The notes under the pieces were generated by a model. It ran no database searches, had not been told where the DNA came from, and saw only the letters and a program-made list of their open reading frames with translations. The position numbers and the translations under genes were made by a program. 64,000 bases of DNA from an uncultured cyanobacterium (lineage in GTDB: Bacteria; Cyanobacteriota; Cyanobacteriia; Cyanobacteriales; CAWCAG01): positions 352,001 to 416,000 of the forward strand of contig CAWDOD010000003.1 of assembly GCA_963803805.1 (NCBI GenBank), read 5' to 3'. Of this stretch, positions 21,093 to 30,406 are shown piece by piece (the stretch's first letter is position 1; each line of letters begins with the position of its first letter).

Positions 21093-23669
21093 TTACTCTG
21101 GCGCTGTTATGGGAACTGGCGCTGGGGCTGGGGCTGGAACTGGTTTCGATTGTTTTTCAATTGTAGGAGGTGGAGCGGGGGCTGGGGCTGGAGCGGGGGC
21201 TGGGGCTGGAACTGGGGCTGGAACTGGGGCTGGAGCCGGCGCTGGTCTTGGTGCGGGTGCAGGTGCTGGAGCTGGCGCGGGTCTTGGTGCGGGTGCAGGG
21301 GCTGGAGCTGGTCTTGGTGCGGGTGCTGGAGCTGGAGCCGGCGCTGGTCTTGGTGCGGGTGCAGGGGCTGGAGCCGGTGCGGGTCTTGAACTACCTTGGT
21401 TGCTCCTACTATTACCGCTATTTCCTTGGCTAGGCTGAGAGCGACGTTTAGGTTGGGAATTGGAATTAGAACCAGAATTAGAAGTAGAGCGCCTACGGCT
21501 ATTACTAGAACCAGAGCTAGAACTTTTACGGCTTCTGCTTTGACTGCTTTTTTTGTAATACTGTTTTTTGGGCTTAATGGGTTTAGCTTTAATCGTACCT
21601 TCGCGGCCTTCCAATTTATCAGGAAGCTTAGGGAAATCTGCTTTAGGTAAATCTTCCACGGCTTCCCCCATAAATCTACTCCAGGTGGCTGCTGCAGTGC
21701 CGCTACTGGCGTAAGTAGATTTATTATCATCATTACCAAGCCAGACCCCAGCAACTAATTGAGGTATGTAGCCAATAAACCAAAGATCCTTTTCTTCATC
21801 AGAGGTTCCTGTTTTCCCAGCTACAGGTCGGTCTATTTGGGCTGGTGAAGCTGTACCATAAGTTACGACCCCTTGGAGCATCCAAGTCATGATAGCGGCG
21901 GTATCTTTGTCTAAAGCCCGTTCTTTTTTGAAGTCAGCTTTGTAAATCACCTCACCATTTTTATCAAGAATGCGATTAATACCACGGGGCGGAACGTGCA
22001 TTCCTTTGTTGGCTAGGGTTCCGTAGGCACTGGTTAATTCGAGGAGATTAACTTCAGAAGAACCTAGTGCCAAAGAATAGGTTGGTTTTAGTTTAGACTT
22101 GATACCCATTTTTTTGGCAATTTCGATGGTTGGCTCCCAACCCACATCAACCAAGGTGCGAACAGCCACAACATTAAGGGAATAGGCGAGAGCATCCTTG
22201 ATAGATACATAACTACCGCGATACTTATCATCGTAATTTTCAGGTTGGTAGCCAGCGACAACATAGGGTTGATCTAGAACACCTTTATAAGGAGAAAAAC
22301 CTGCGGCGATCGCCGTGGAATAAACAAAGGTTTTGAAGGTGGAACCGGGCTGTCTTTGGGCTTGGGTAACGCGATTAAATTGATTTTCGTCAAAGTCTTT
22401 CCCTCCCACCAAAGCCCTGATTTTCCCATTGCGGGGGTCAATGGCTACTAAAGCCGCTTGATCAAAACGTTGACTCTTACCTTGATTTTCTAGGGTTTTA
22501 GTAACGGTTTCTTCCGCTATTTGTTGCCATTCTGGGTTAAGAGTAGTTTCTACGGTTAAGCCCCCAACTTCGATTTGTTCTGAGGAGACGTATTTAGGCA
22601 ATTCTTTTTGGATATAACTGGTGAAGTAAGGGTATTTCCGATTGAGGCGTTTTGGTTCACTGTAGTCTGTTCTTAAACGAGAAGCGATGGCTTTTTCGGC
22701 TTCAGCTTCGGTAATAAAACCCTCTTTTTCCATTTGCCGCAAGACAACATTACGGCGCTCTTGGGCCAACTTTTTATTCTCTAAAGGAGAATAAGCTGTG
22801 GGTGCTGGGGCTAAAGCAGCGATGGTTGCTGCTTCAGGGAGGGTAACTTCGTCAATTTCTTTACTAAAATAAACCCAAGCAGCATCCCCAACACCATAGG
22901 CTCCCGAACCTAAATAAACTAGATTCAGGTAACGTTCCATAATTGTCCCTTTCTCGAATCTGCCTTCGATTTTATTCGCTAAGCGCATCTCTCGTAGCTT
23001 GCGCCAAATTTTCTGTTCTTGGTTGAGAAAGACAATACGGGCTAGTTGTTGGGTAATAGTACTTGCTCCTTGGACAACATCCCCAGATTGAAAGTTAGAA
23101 AAAGCCGCTCTCAAAACACCTTGAAAATCAACGCCATGATGTTTTTCAAAACGCCGATCTTCACTAGCGATAAAAGCTTGAACTACATCTTGAGGAATTT
23201 CTTCAATATCTAACTGATCATGGGTTGTGGGGCCAACTTCTTGCAATACACTACCGTCAGAAGCAGTGATTTTCAAGGTTCCTTCACGGGCATAGGTTAA
23301 AACATCATCAACAGAAGCAGGCAAACTTTTCTCAATTTTCCACCAACCCCAGCCCAAAAAGATTAAACCCGTAGTAAAACCGACACCAGCCCCTAAAGCT
23401 AACCAAAAACGGGGGCGATTTTGCCAGGGATGATCTCCAGTAAAGGGGCGAACTACTTTTGTTTTTAGTTCAGCAGCTTTGGTTTTAAATTTTTGGAAGT
23501 AATCTTTAACTGGTGTTTCTCCCTGCCTATTTGTTTCTGCTGCTAATTCTTGTTCCTCAGTCTTTGACGGGACATCACCAGATACGGCTTTCGGATCTGT
23601 GGATGTCGAGTTAGAAGGTTGCTTACTCGACATATTTTTTAATCTGAACCTAGAAATGAACTTTTGCAC
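21093..23669 (-). CDS. Class A penicillin-binding protein (PBP1A family) with Ser/Arg-rich and Pro-Ala repeat tail
   Basis: TM; EDRRF, GASTITQQ, RKLRE, YLN; SxxK (STFK), SLN, KTG. Confidence 0.95.
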   Translation of the reverse strand: MQKFISRFRLKNMSSKQPSNSTSTDPKAVSGDVPSKTEEQELAAETNRQGETPVKDYFQKFKTKAAELKTKVVRPFTGDHPWQNRPRFWLALGAGVGFTTGLIFLGWGWWKIEKSLPASVDDVLTYAREGTLKITASDGSVLQEVGPTTHDQLDIEEIPQDVVQAFIASEDRRFEKHHGVDFQGVLRAAFSNFQSGDVVQGASTITQQLARIVFLNQEQKIWRKLREMRLANKIEGRFEKGTIMERYLNLVYLGSGAYGVGDAAWVYFSKEIDEVTLPEAATIAALAPAPTAYSPLENKKLAQERRNVVLRQMEKEGFITEAEAEKAIASRLRTDYSEPKRLNRKYPYFTSYIQKELPKYVSSEQIEVGGLTVETTLNPEWQQIAEETVTKTLENQGKSQRFDQAALVAIDPRNGKIRALVGGKDFDENQFNRVTQAQRQPGSTFKTFVYSTAIAAGFSPYKGVLDQPYVVAGYQPENYDDKYRGSYVSIKDALAYSLNVVAVRTLVDVGWEPTIEIAKKMGIKSKLKPTYSLALGSSEVNLLELTSAYGTLANKGMHVPPRGINRILDKNGEVIYKADFKKERALDKDTAAIMTWMLQGVVTYGTASPAQIDRPVAGKTGTSDEEKDLWFIGYIPQLVAGVWLGNDDNKSTYASSGTAAATWSRFMGEAVEDLPKADFPKLPDKLEGREGTIKAKPIKPKKQYYKKSSQSRSRKSSSSGSSNSRRRSTSNSGSNSNSQPKRRSQPSQGNSGNSRSNQGSSRPAPAPAPAPAPRPAPAPAPAPAPRPAPAPAPAPRPAPAPAPAPAPRPAPAPAPVPAPVPAPAPAPAPAPAPPPTIEKQSKPVPAPAPAPVPITAPE
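21105..21385. repeat. GC-rich coding tandem repeat encoding (R)PAPAPA... in the PBP tail
   Basis: Degenerate 6-nt units (GGGGCT/GGAGCT/GGTGCG) with recurring GGTCTTGGTGCGGGTGC blocks. Confidence 0.95.
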
Positions 23670-24082
23670 CTCAACTCCTCAGACAAACCACCAATGACCC
23701 TGACTTGATGTTTTTCTTTTTCTTAGTTTCTTTGTCTAGAAATACCACGATATTTCAAAAATAGTAACTTAAAATCTATTTTTACTGACTTTGAATTAAA
23801 TATGAAGTAGCAGAAAACACAGACAGTTTTTGGCTGAAGATGTTCCTGGCGAAGGGGCAAACTAGGTTTTTTTTGAATCTACTCAACAATCTGAAAAGAA
23901 TTAAAAAAGCCTTTAATGCTCTTAGGTCAGTATTGCTCTTTATCTGTAAATACTACTAATTGATCTAAACGCTCATTAAAGAAGAATACTCTATATAAAA
24001 AATAAGGTGGTAAAAAAAATTTCTTTTTCATGTTTCTTTGATTTTTCAAGTCGAAGGGCGCAACAACTGTTACGCCCGTTTC

Positions 24083-24472
24083 TTATTCCTGGACGACAGA
24101 AGCCTCGATTTGAGCTTCTTCCCAAAGTTTAAAGAGATAGAACTCAGCGTGATCACTCATGGTGCAGACGAAGATACCTTCCTCGCTTCCCGGCTCACTT
24201 ACTAACCAAGTGCCATTTAAGCTCACCTCAACACAGTCAGCATCACACAGAGAAAGAGTGACAGCATCCGGGTTTTCCTGCTCTACTATGGCTTCAAAAC
24301 GAACTAGCTGGGGTAAATCCGCCGGCAATAGAAAAGAAGCAGCGCTAGGCTCCACATAGAGGTTTGTAGCAGCCCTAAGAGCTAAAAGTACTCTTGTTAA
24401 TACCCACTCTTCTAAGGGTTGAGCCAAACGTTCTAAATAAAAACCGTTTTCAGTATAAGTTAGTTTCAGCAT
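24083..24472 (-). CDS. alr0857-family hypothetical protein
   Basis: MLKLTYTENGFYLERL...LEEWV..RVLLALR, as recalled for this cyanobacterial family; directly downstream of the HNH gene. Confidence 0.7.
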   Translation of the reverse strand: MLKLTYTENGFYLERLAQPLEEWVLTRVLLALRAATNLYVEPSAASFLLPADLPQLVRFEAIVEQENPDAVTLSLCDADCVEVSLNGTWLVSEPGSEEGIFVCTMSDHAEFYLFKLWEEAQIEASVVQE

Positions 24473-24486
24473 TTATCATTATCCTG

Positions 24487-25017
24487 TTATTCCAGGTGTT
24501 TTTGCCGTTCCCAGAACTTCTCAGCAAAGGTGATTGCAGGGTGAAGGGGGGCTTTGGGTTTACTCTTGAGAATCAAGCCTGCTTCAGTGGGAGTGCGACT
24601 GCCTTTTTTAGAGTTACATCCCTCGCAGGCAGTTACTACATTGTCCCAAGTGTGTTTTCCGCCTTTTGAGCGAGGGATGACATGATCCAAGGTTAGTTTT
24701 TTGTTGCTGTCGCAGTACTGGCAGCTATGGCGATCACGCCGCAATACTTCTCGCCGATTTACTGGTGGGACTTTCCAAACCCTCTCTGCACCATTAATCG
24801 TTAAGCGAATGTGGGCAGGAACTTGGAAAATTGCCCTAGCTGAGCGGATTTCCCAAGTATTGCCAGCAAGAAAAGTTACTGGTTCTGCTTTACCTGTAAC
24901 CAAAAGAACAATGGCTCGCTTGATGTTAATGCGACTAATGGGTAGGTAGTTTTTAGAGAACACCACTACCGATTGGCTTAGTATGGCTGTTGGGTGAATT
25001 TCCGTTGTATTTGTCAC
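24487..25017 (-). CDS. HNH endonuclease (McrA-like / HNH_5)
   Basis: RDRHSCQYC, LTLDHVIPRSKGG, WDNVVTACEGCNSKKG. Confidence 0.95.
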   Translation of the reverse strand: MTNTTEIHPTAILSQSVVVFSKNYLPISRINIKRAIVLLVTGKAEPVTFLAGNTWEIRSARAIFQVPAHIRLTINGAERVWKVPPVNRREVLRRDRHSCQYCDSNKKLTLDHVIPRSKGGKHTWDNVVTACEGCNSKKGSRTPTEAGLILKSKPKAPLHPAITFAEKFWERQKHLE

Positions 25018-25061
25018 GGTTTTACCTCTTCAGTAATTGAAGCTTGGCAGGTAGTTTACAC

Positions 25062-25098
25062 ACAAAAACCCCCGCTTCTTGGCATTTGAGCGGGGGTT
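25062..25098 (-). terminator. Intrinsic terminator (attenuator) between the leader ORF and the HNH gene
   Basis: Minus strand AACCCCCGCT-12 nt-AGCGGGGGTT followed by TTTGTGTGT. Confidence 0.75.
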
Positions 25099-25145
25099 GG
25101 AAAAACTTTTTCAGATTTTCTTTTATGTTTGGTACAGTTTTGGCT

Positions 25146-25385
25146 TCATGTCTGCCTGTACCTCCCGCTTCTTTGATTTAGTTTTGAATCTCGAATTTCT
25201 AAACTATGAATGCTTTCTAACCAATAATTTTCCTCGGTATTAGGTTGTTCTTGCTTGATTTCCAAGCTGCTTGTTAAAGCGGTGAAACAACCTATAAAGG
25301 CAAAATCCACTCCCATTCCTGCTAATTTCCTGGGGGGGAAATTGAAAGCAGGTTTGGCAGTGGAGATGGTAGAAAGAAGTTTCAC
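25146..25385 (-). CDS. 79-aa leader ORF (asr0855-position gene), candidate attenuator leader peptide
   Basis: GTG start with AAGGA RBS 5 nt upstream; sits just downstream of a TAGTAT -10 box; first ORF of the HNH operon. Confidence 0.55.
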   Translation of the reverse strand: MKLLSTISTAKPAFNFPPRKLAGMGVDFAFIGCFTALTSSLEIKQEQPNTEENYWLESIHSLEIRDSKLNQRSGRYRQT

Positions 25386-25423
25386 AGAATTCCTTGACTT
25401 AAATTACTCAAAGGGACTTTTTA

Positions 25424-25441
25424 ATACTACACTTGTATTAC
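25424..25441. promoter_or_regulatory. Putative TrcR operator overlapping the -10 box (TAGTAT, minus strand) of the leftward operon
   Basis: ATACTACACTTGTATTAC (minus strand: GTAATAC-AAGT-GTAGTAT repeated half-sites) between divergent RHH gene and operon. Confidence 0.6.
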
Positions 25442-25475
25442 CCATATGTCCACTATTTGGAAGGAGAAAATTTTT

Positions 25476-25811
25476 ATGCGTACCCTAACTCGCACTTCAA
25501 CAACTGATATGGAAGTTACTAGTATTCGCTTGGAGAGGGCGCTTAAGGACAAGTTGAAAGAACTTGCAGGCAATCAGGGATACCAAGCTTTGGTTAGGGA
25601 TATTCTCTGGAATTATGTCCAACTTAAGTCGGGAGAGTATCGTCCCCAATTTTCCCGTTCTGATATTCGAGCTAGCTTTGATGGGGTTGCCCAGAGAGAT
25701 GAATGCTGCGTACTAACAGGTAAGTTTATGTCCGAAGGGGAACCCATTTTACTCGGACTCACTATCAACGGTGACTTAGTTCCCTTAAGCCCAGAGAGCT
25801 TAGCTGGCTAG
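25476..25811 (+). CDS. trcR: Ribbon-helix-helix transcriptional repressor, TrcR (All0854)-like
   Basis: EVTSIRLERALKDKLKELAGNQGYQALVRDILWNYV RHH pattern; AAGGAG RBS supports ATG 25476; synteny with HNH and alr0857-like genes as recalled for Anabaena. Confidence 0.7.
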   Translation: MRTLTRTSTTDMEVTSIRLERALKDKLKELAGNQGYQALVRDILWNYVQLKSGEYRPQFSRSDIRASFDGVAQRDECCVLTGKFMSEGEPILLGLTINGDLVPLSPESLAG

Positions 25812-25848
25812 AAAATAAAAGGAGGGGCTATAATTATATAGCCTCTCC
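25812..25848. terminator. Hairpin between the convergent RHH gene and apcF
   Basis: GGAGGGGCTAT-aattat-ATAGCCTCTCC stem, with a T-tract on the minus strand. Confidence 0.55.
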
Positions 25849-25921
25849 CTCTGACAAAAATACTCAACCAAAAAAGCAAACCCTACACTGATTCAATGAA
25901 TATTGAACATTGATCACTGAG

Positions 25922-26431
25922 TTAAAGGTCTTTTTCCCCAAAGTCGCGGGTTAGATGCTCAAAAGGTTCATCAATAAATGATGTATCCTCTACACCAGCC
26001 TCTGCAACCATATTTTTAACCATGGTTTTAACAATCTGGATACCATAAACTGTTGGTCCGATGGGAACTCCTAAAGAATTATAGGTTTCTCTTAAACCCT
26101 GTAAGACTCGCTCATCAAGGATGTTGGTATCTCCAGCTATTAAGGCATAGCTAGCATAGCGCAAGTAATAGTCCATATCCCGCAAGCAAGCAGAATAGCG
26201 GCGAGTGGTATAAGCATTTCCTCCCGGACGAATTAATTCTGGTTGCTCTTCAAATAGTTGCAGTGCAGCTTCTTTGATAATAGAGGCAGCATTACCGCTA
26301 ATCAATTCTGCGGCTTTGATTCTTGCTTGACCTGATTCAAAGTATGATTTCAGGCTATCCATGGCATTGCGGTCAAAATAACGACCAGCAACATCATAAT
26401 TTTTAATTAAACTTGTGACGGCATCCCGCAT
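25922..26431 (-). CDS. apcF: Allophycocyanin beta-18 subunit
   Basis: MRDAVTSLIKNYD, PGGNAYTTRRYSACLRDMDYYLRY; divergent from glnA as is typical in cyanobacteria. Confidence 0.96.
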   Translation of the reverse strand: MRDAVTSLIKNYDVAGRYFDRNAMDSLKSYFESGQARIKAAELISGNAASIIKEAALQLFEEQPELIRPGGNAYTTRRYSACLRDMDYYLRYASYALIAGDTNILDERVLQGLRETYNSLGVPIGPTVYGIQIVKTMVKNMVAEAGVEDTSFIDEPFEHLTRDFGEKDL

Positions 26432-26769
26432 TAAATTTTTTCTCCCAACAGCATTTTATTTATTCTTGGCTTAATATCAAGCCCGGTCGCTTTTCATTTA
26501 TCATCCCATTCAAGCTGCCTTGAGGAGATGGTATTCAACAAGAAAATTTACTATTGTGCGCCGGAGCTAAATAACTAATAACAAATTCACCTACCTGAGT
26601 TTAGGGAAGGCATATTGCAGAGTATCATCCCACGAGGCTCTTTGTTGACTAAAAGAGATTTTTTGATAAATTTTTTAAAATTACCTGGTGAAGCTGTTTA
26701 GTTTTTGTATAGCAAGTAACATATTTCTAATGTTCACAGATTTTCTCCAAGATGATAACTGGTATTTTT

Positions 26770-26811
26770 GTAGCAAAGAATACAAAACATCCCCAAACCT
26801 CTCTTTAGGAT
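26770..26811 (+). promoter_or_regulatory. NtcA-activated class II promoter of glnA
   Basis: GTAGCAAAGAATAC (GTA-N8-TAC) at 26770-26783, 22-nt spacer, TAGGAT -10 at 26806-26811. Confidence 0.9.
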
Positions 26812-26871
26812 GATTCGTGACCTTGATTGATATAGCAAAGACAATAAACTAAAGATACTGAGGAATAACCT

Positions 26872-28293
26872 ATGGCAGATACACCCCAAGAAGTCTTAAA
26901 AATGATTCAAGATGAAGATATCAAGATAATTGACTTGAAATTCATCGATATGCCTGGTATTTGGCAGCACTGTTCTTTTTTCCAAGATCAAATTGATGAA
27001 GCTGCATTTGTAGACGGTGTAGCCTTTGATGGTTCGAGTATTCGTGGTTGGAAAGCCATCAATAATTCTGACATGGCTATGGTTCCCGATCCTAAGACGG
27101 CTTGGATCGATCCATTTATGAAAGAAAAAACTCTAAGCATGATCTGTAGCATCATAGAACCTCGCACGGGTGAGATGTATGAGCGAGATCCTCGTTCCAT
27201 TGCCAAAAAAGCTCTTGAATATCTTACCTCTAGTGGCCTCGGTGATACGGCTTTTTTTGGCCCGGAAGCTGAGTTTTTTGTTTTTGACGATGTACGCTTT
27301 GACCAAGCGGAAAATAAAAGCTACTACTACGTAGACAGCGTTGAGGGACGTTGGAATACTGGTAGGGAAGAAGAAGGGGGCAACCTCGGTTACAAACCTG
27401 GCTACAAGCAAGGTTACTTCCCTGTTCCTCCTACCGATACTCTCCAGGATATGCGTACTGAAATGCTTTTAACCATGGGAGAGTGCGGTGTACCTATTGA
27501 GAAGCATCACCACGAGGTTGCTACTGGGGGACAAAACGAGTTAGGGATTAAGTTTGCTCCCATTGTTGAGTCTGCGGATTATTTAATGACTTATAAGTAT
27601 GTCATTAAAAACGTGGCGAAAAAGTATGGCAAAACCGTTACCTTTATGCCTAAGCCTCTGTTTAACGACAATGGTACTGGTATGCACTGTCACCAATCCA
27701 TTTGGAAAGGTGGAGAACCTTTATTTTGGGGAGATGGTTATGCTAATTTGAGCAAAATGGCTCTCAATTACATCGGTGGTATCCTCAAGCACGCCCCCGC
27801 CCTTTTAGCTTTTACTAACCCTACCACCAACTCCTACAAGCGTTTAGTACCTGGTTTTGAAGCCCCCGTTAACCTGGCTTATTCCCAAGGTAATCGTTCC
27901 GCTTCTGTTCGTATTCCTTTATCTGGATCTAACCCCAAAGCCAAGCGTTTAGAGTTCCGTTGTCCTGATGCTTCCAGCAATCCCTACTTAGCTTTTGCAG
28001 CAATGCTTTGTGCGGGAATTGATGGTATTAAAAATGAAATTGATCCAGGGGAACCCCTAGATGTGGATATCTACGAACTTAGTCCTGAAGAGTTGGCCAA
28101 AGTTCCTTCTACTCCTGGTTCATTAGAAGATGCTTTAGAAGCGTTAGAGGAAGACCATGCTTTCTTAACTGAAAGTGGTGTATTTACCGAAGACTTTATT
28201 AAGAACTGGATTGAGTTTAAGCTTTCTAATGAAGTTATTCCTCTTAAGCTGCGTCCCCATCCCTATGAGTTTTCCCTTTACTATGATGTTTAA
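26872..28293 (+). CDS. glnA: Glutamine synthetase type I
   Basis: [37 protein letters not shown]. Confidence 0.99.
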   Translation: MADTPQEVLKMIQDEDIKIIDLKFIDMPGIWQHCSFFQDQIDEAAFVDGVAFDGSSIRGWKAINNSDMAMVPDPKTAWIDPFMKEKTLSMICSIIEPRTGEMYERDPRSIAKKALEYLTSSGLGDTAFFGPEAEFFVFDDVRFDQAENKSYYYVDSVEGRWNTGREEEGGNLGYKPGYKQGYFPVPPTDTLQDMRTEMLLTMGECGVPIEKHHHEVATGGQNELGIKFAPIVESADYLMTYKYVIKNVAKKYGKTVTFMPKPLFNDNGTGMHCHQSIWKGGEPLFWGDGYANLSKMALNYIGGILKHAPALLAFTNPTTNSYKRLVPGFEAPVNLAYSQGNRSASVRIPLSGSNPKAKRLEFRCPDASSNPYLAFAAMLCAGIDGIKNEIDPGEPLDVDIYELSPEELAKVPSTPGSLEDALEALEEDHAFLTESGVFTEDFIKNWIEFKLSNEVIPLKLRPHPYEFSLYYDV

Positions 28294-28331
28294 TTGCTAA
28301 TGGTTAATTGCTAGTAGCTAGTGGCGAAAAT

Positions 28332-28375
28332 AAAACTCTGTCTCAGATAAAATAAGCAGGAGACGGAGTTTTTTT
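28332..28375 (+). terminator. glnA intrinsic terminator
   Basis: AAAACTCTGTCTC...GAGACGGAGTTTT plus T-run. Confidence 0.75.
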
Positions 28376-28501
28376 GCTTTAAATGATTCCACTGGAGTAT
28401 TGTTATAAAATCTAGAAATCCAAGTTCTTTAATTCTACTTCCTACTCCCTATTCCCTATGTCCTTAAGTACTTAGCTGTTTGTAAATAAATCTGATTCTG
28501 T

Positions 28502-29359
28502 ATGACTTTATCGAAACGAATTCAACAATTTTATGATGCCTCTAGTGGAGTTTGGGAACAGACTTGGGGCGAACATATGCACCATGGCTATTATGGTAGG
28601 GCTGGTAATTACAAAATTGAACGGCGGCAAGCACAGATTAATTTAATTGAAGAACTTTTGTTTTGGGCTGGGGTATCTGAGAAGAAACAATCACCTCAAA
28701 ATATTCTTGATGTTGGCTGCGGTATTGGAGGTAGTACCCTTTACTTAACAGATAAGTTTAATGCTACGGGGACAGGTATTACTTTGTCCCCTATTCAGGC
28801 ATCTAGGGCTAAAGAAAGAGCAATGAAAGCTGATTTACGTCATAAAGTTCAATTTATGGTTGCAGATGCTCTTGATACCCCTTTTGCTGATAATTCCTTT
28901 GATTTAGTTTGGTCTTTAGAAAGTGGCGAACATATGCCCGATAAGGCTAAGTTTTTGCAAGAATGCTATCGAGTGTTGCAACCGGGAGGGACTTTTGTTA
29001 TGGCAACTTGGTGTCATCGCCCTACTAATTCTGTTGCAGGGGAGTTGACAGCAGCAGAAAGAAAACATTTAGAACAGATTTATCAAGTTTATTGTTTGCC
29101 CTACGTTATATCTTTACCAGAATACGAAGAACTTGCCCTTAGTTGCGGTTTCCAAAATCTACGTTCTGATGATTGGTCAACAGCCGTTGCTCCTTTTTGG
29201 GATGTGGTAATTGATTCTGCCCTAAATCCTCAAGCTATTACAGCACTTTTTCGCTCCGGTTGGCAAACGATTCAAGCAGCCCTTTCTTTAAATTTGATGA
29301 GTAGTGGTTACGAAAAAGGTTTAATTCGTTTTGGTTTGATTTGTGGGACTAAAGGCTAA
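28502..29359 (+). CDS. Gamma-tocopherol methyltransferase (VTE4/Slr0089-like)
   Basis: WGEHMHHGYY, LDVGCGIGGS, WSLESGEHMPDK, ATWCHR; adjacent to hpt. Confidence 0.88.
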   Translation: MTLSKRIQQFYDASSGVWEQTWGEHMHHGYYGRAGNYKIERRQAQINLIEELLFWAGVSEKKQSPQNILDVGCGIGGSTLYLTDKFNATGTGITLSPIQASRAKERAMKADLRHKVQFMVADALDTPFADNSFDLVWSLESGEHMPDKAKFLQECYRVLQPGGTFVMATWCHRPTNSVAGELTAAERKHLEQIYQVYCLPYVISLPEYEELALSCGFQNLRSDDWSTAVAPFWDVVIDSALNPQAITALFRSGWQTIQAALSLNLMSSGYEKGLIRFGLICGTKG

Positions 29360-29479
29360 TGGCTAATTGCCTTAACTACCCTTGCCGTCCTACCCCCTAC
29401 CTCTAAACTTTCCTGACTTATCCCTGCTCCCTTTTCCCTGTTCCCACTAATAATCTGTGCAACTACACACTAATCTGGT

Positions 29480-30406
29480 ATGACTCAAGTTCTAGATTGA
29501 AAATTTCCTTGGCTTTATAGTCTTTGGAAATTCTCTCGTCCCCATACAATTATTGGTACAACTTTAAGTACTTTAGCACTCTATTTGATTGCTTTAGCTA
29601 GTTTTAATAGTAGCCCAGATGCAAACAACTTGCTACTACTATTAGTAACTTGGTTAGCTTGCATTTGCGGCAACATTTATATTGTTGGTTTAAATCAATT
29701 AGAAGACATTGCTATTGATGAAATTAATAAGCCCCACCTTCCTTTAGCCGCCGGGGAATTTTCTCTTTTTCAAGGAAGAATCATTGTTGCTACTACAGGA
29801 ATGTTAGCTTTACTCTTGGCTGGAGTTTCAGGATTTTGGTTATTTTTAACTGTGGCAGTTAGTTTAGCCATTGGAACAGCTTATTCTTTGCCTCCGGTTC
29901 GTTTGAAACGCTTTCCTTTCCTGGCTGCTTTATGTATCTTTACGGTGCGGGGAATGATTGTTAATTTGGGTTTATTTTTACATTTCAGCAGTAAGTTGAA
30001 TGGAGTGGAAGTACTAACTCCTGGTATCTGGGTTTTAACTCTATTTATTCTTATTTTTACTGTGGCCATCGCAATCTTTAAAGATGTGCCAGATATGGAG
30101 GGAGACAAACAATATAATATTAAAACCCTAACTTTATTAGTAGGTAAGAGAACTGTTTTTGATTTAGCTTGCGGAATTATTGTTTTTTGTTATTTAGCTA
30201 CAATTTTCTCTGGCTGGCTTTTATTACCAGAACTCAATCCTTGGTTAGTGAGTATTAGTCATTTAATTTTATTAAGTTTGTTGCGGTGGCGCTCTCAGAA
30301 AGTAGATTTAGAAAATAAAAGTGCGATCGCGCTTTTCTATCAATTTATTTGGAAACTATTTTTCTTAGAATACATTATCTTTCCCGCCCTGTATTTGATT
30401 AAATGA
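29480..30406 (+). pseudogene. hpt: Homogentisate phytyltransferase with in-frame TGA at codon 7 (29498-29500); lesion or sequencing error
   Basis: MTQVLD*KFPWLYSLWKFSRPHTIIGT is in frame with the 29585 ORF; NQLEDIAIDEINKPHLPLA, KDVPDMEGD, FYQFIWKLF. Confidence 0.8.

Noticed and set aside
21049-21754. Several overlapping ORFs (GAGAGA, WGWSW, LGLE and QPLHPHQ repeats)
   Set aside because: Alternative-frame and antisense shadows of the stop-free Pro-Ala repeat in the PBP gene.
25255-25488. 77-aa plus-strand ORF across the trcR promoter
   Set aside because: It is antisense to the RBS-supported leader ORF and spans the operator; no RBS.
29498-29500. TGA in hpt as selenocysteine or programmed read-through
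   Set aside because: It lies in a non-conserved N-terminal position, not at a Cys site, and no SECIS-like hairpin is evident.
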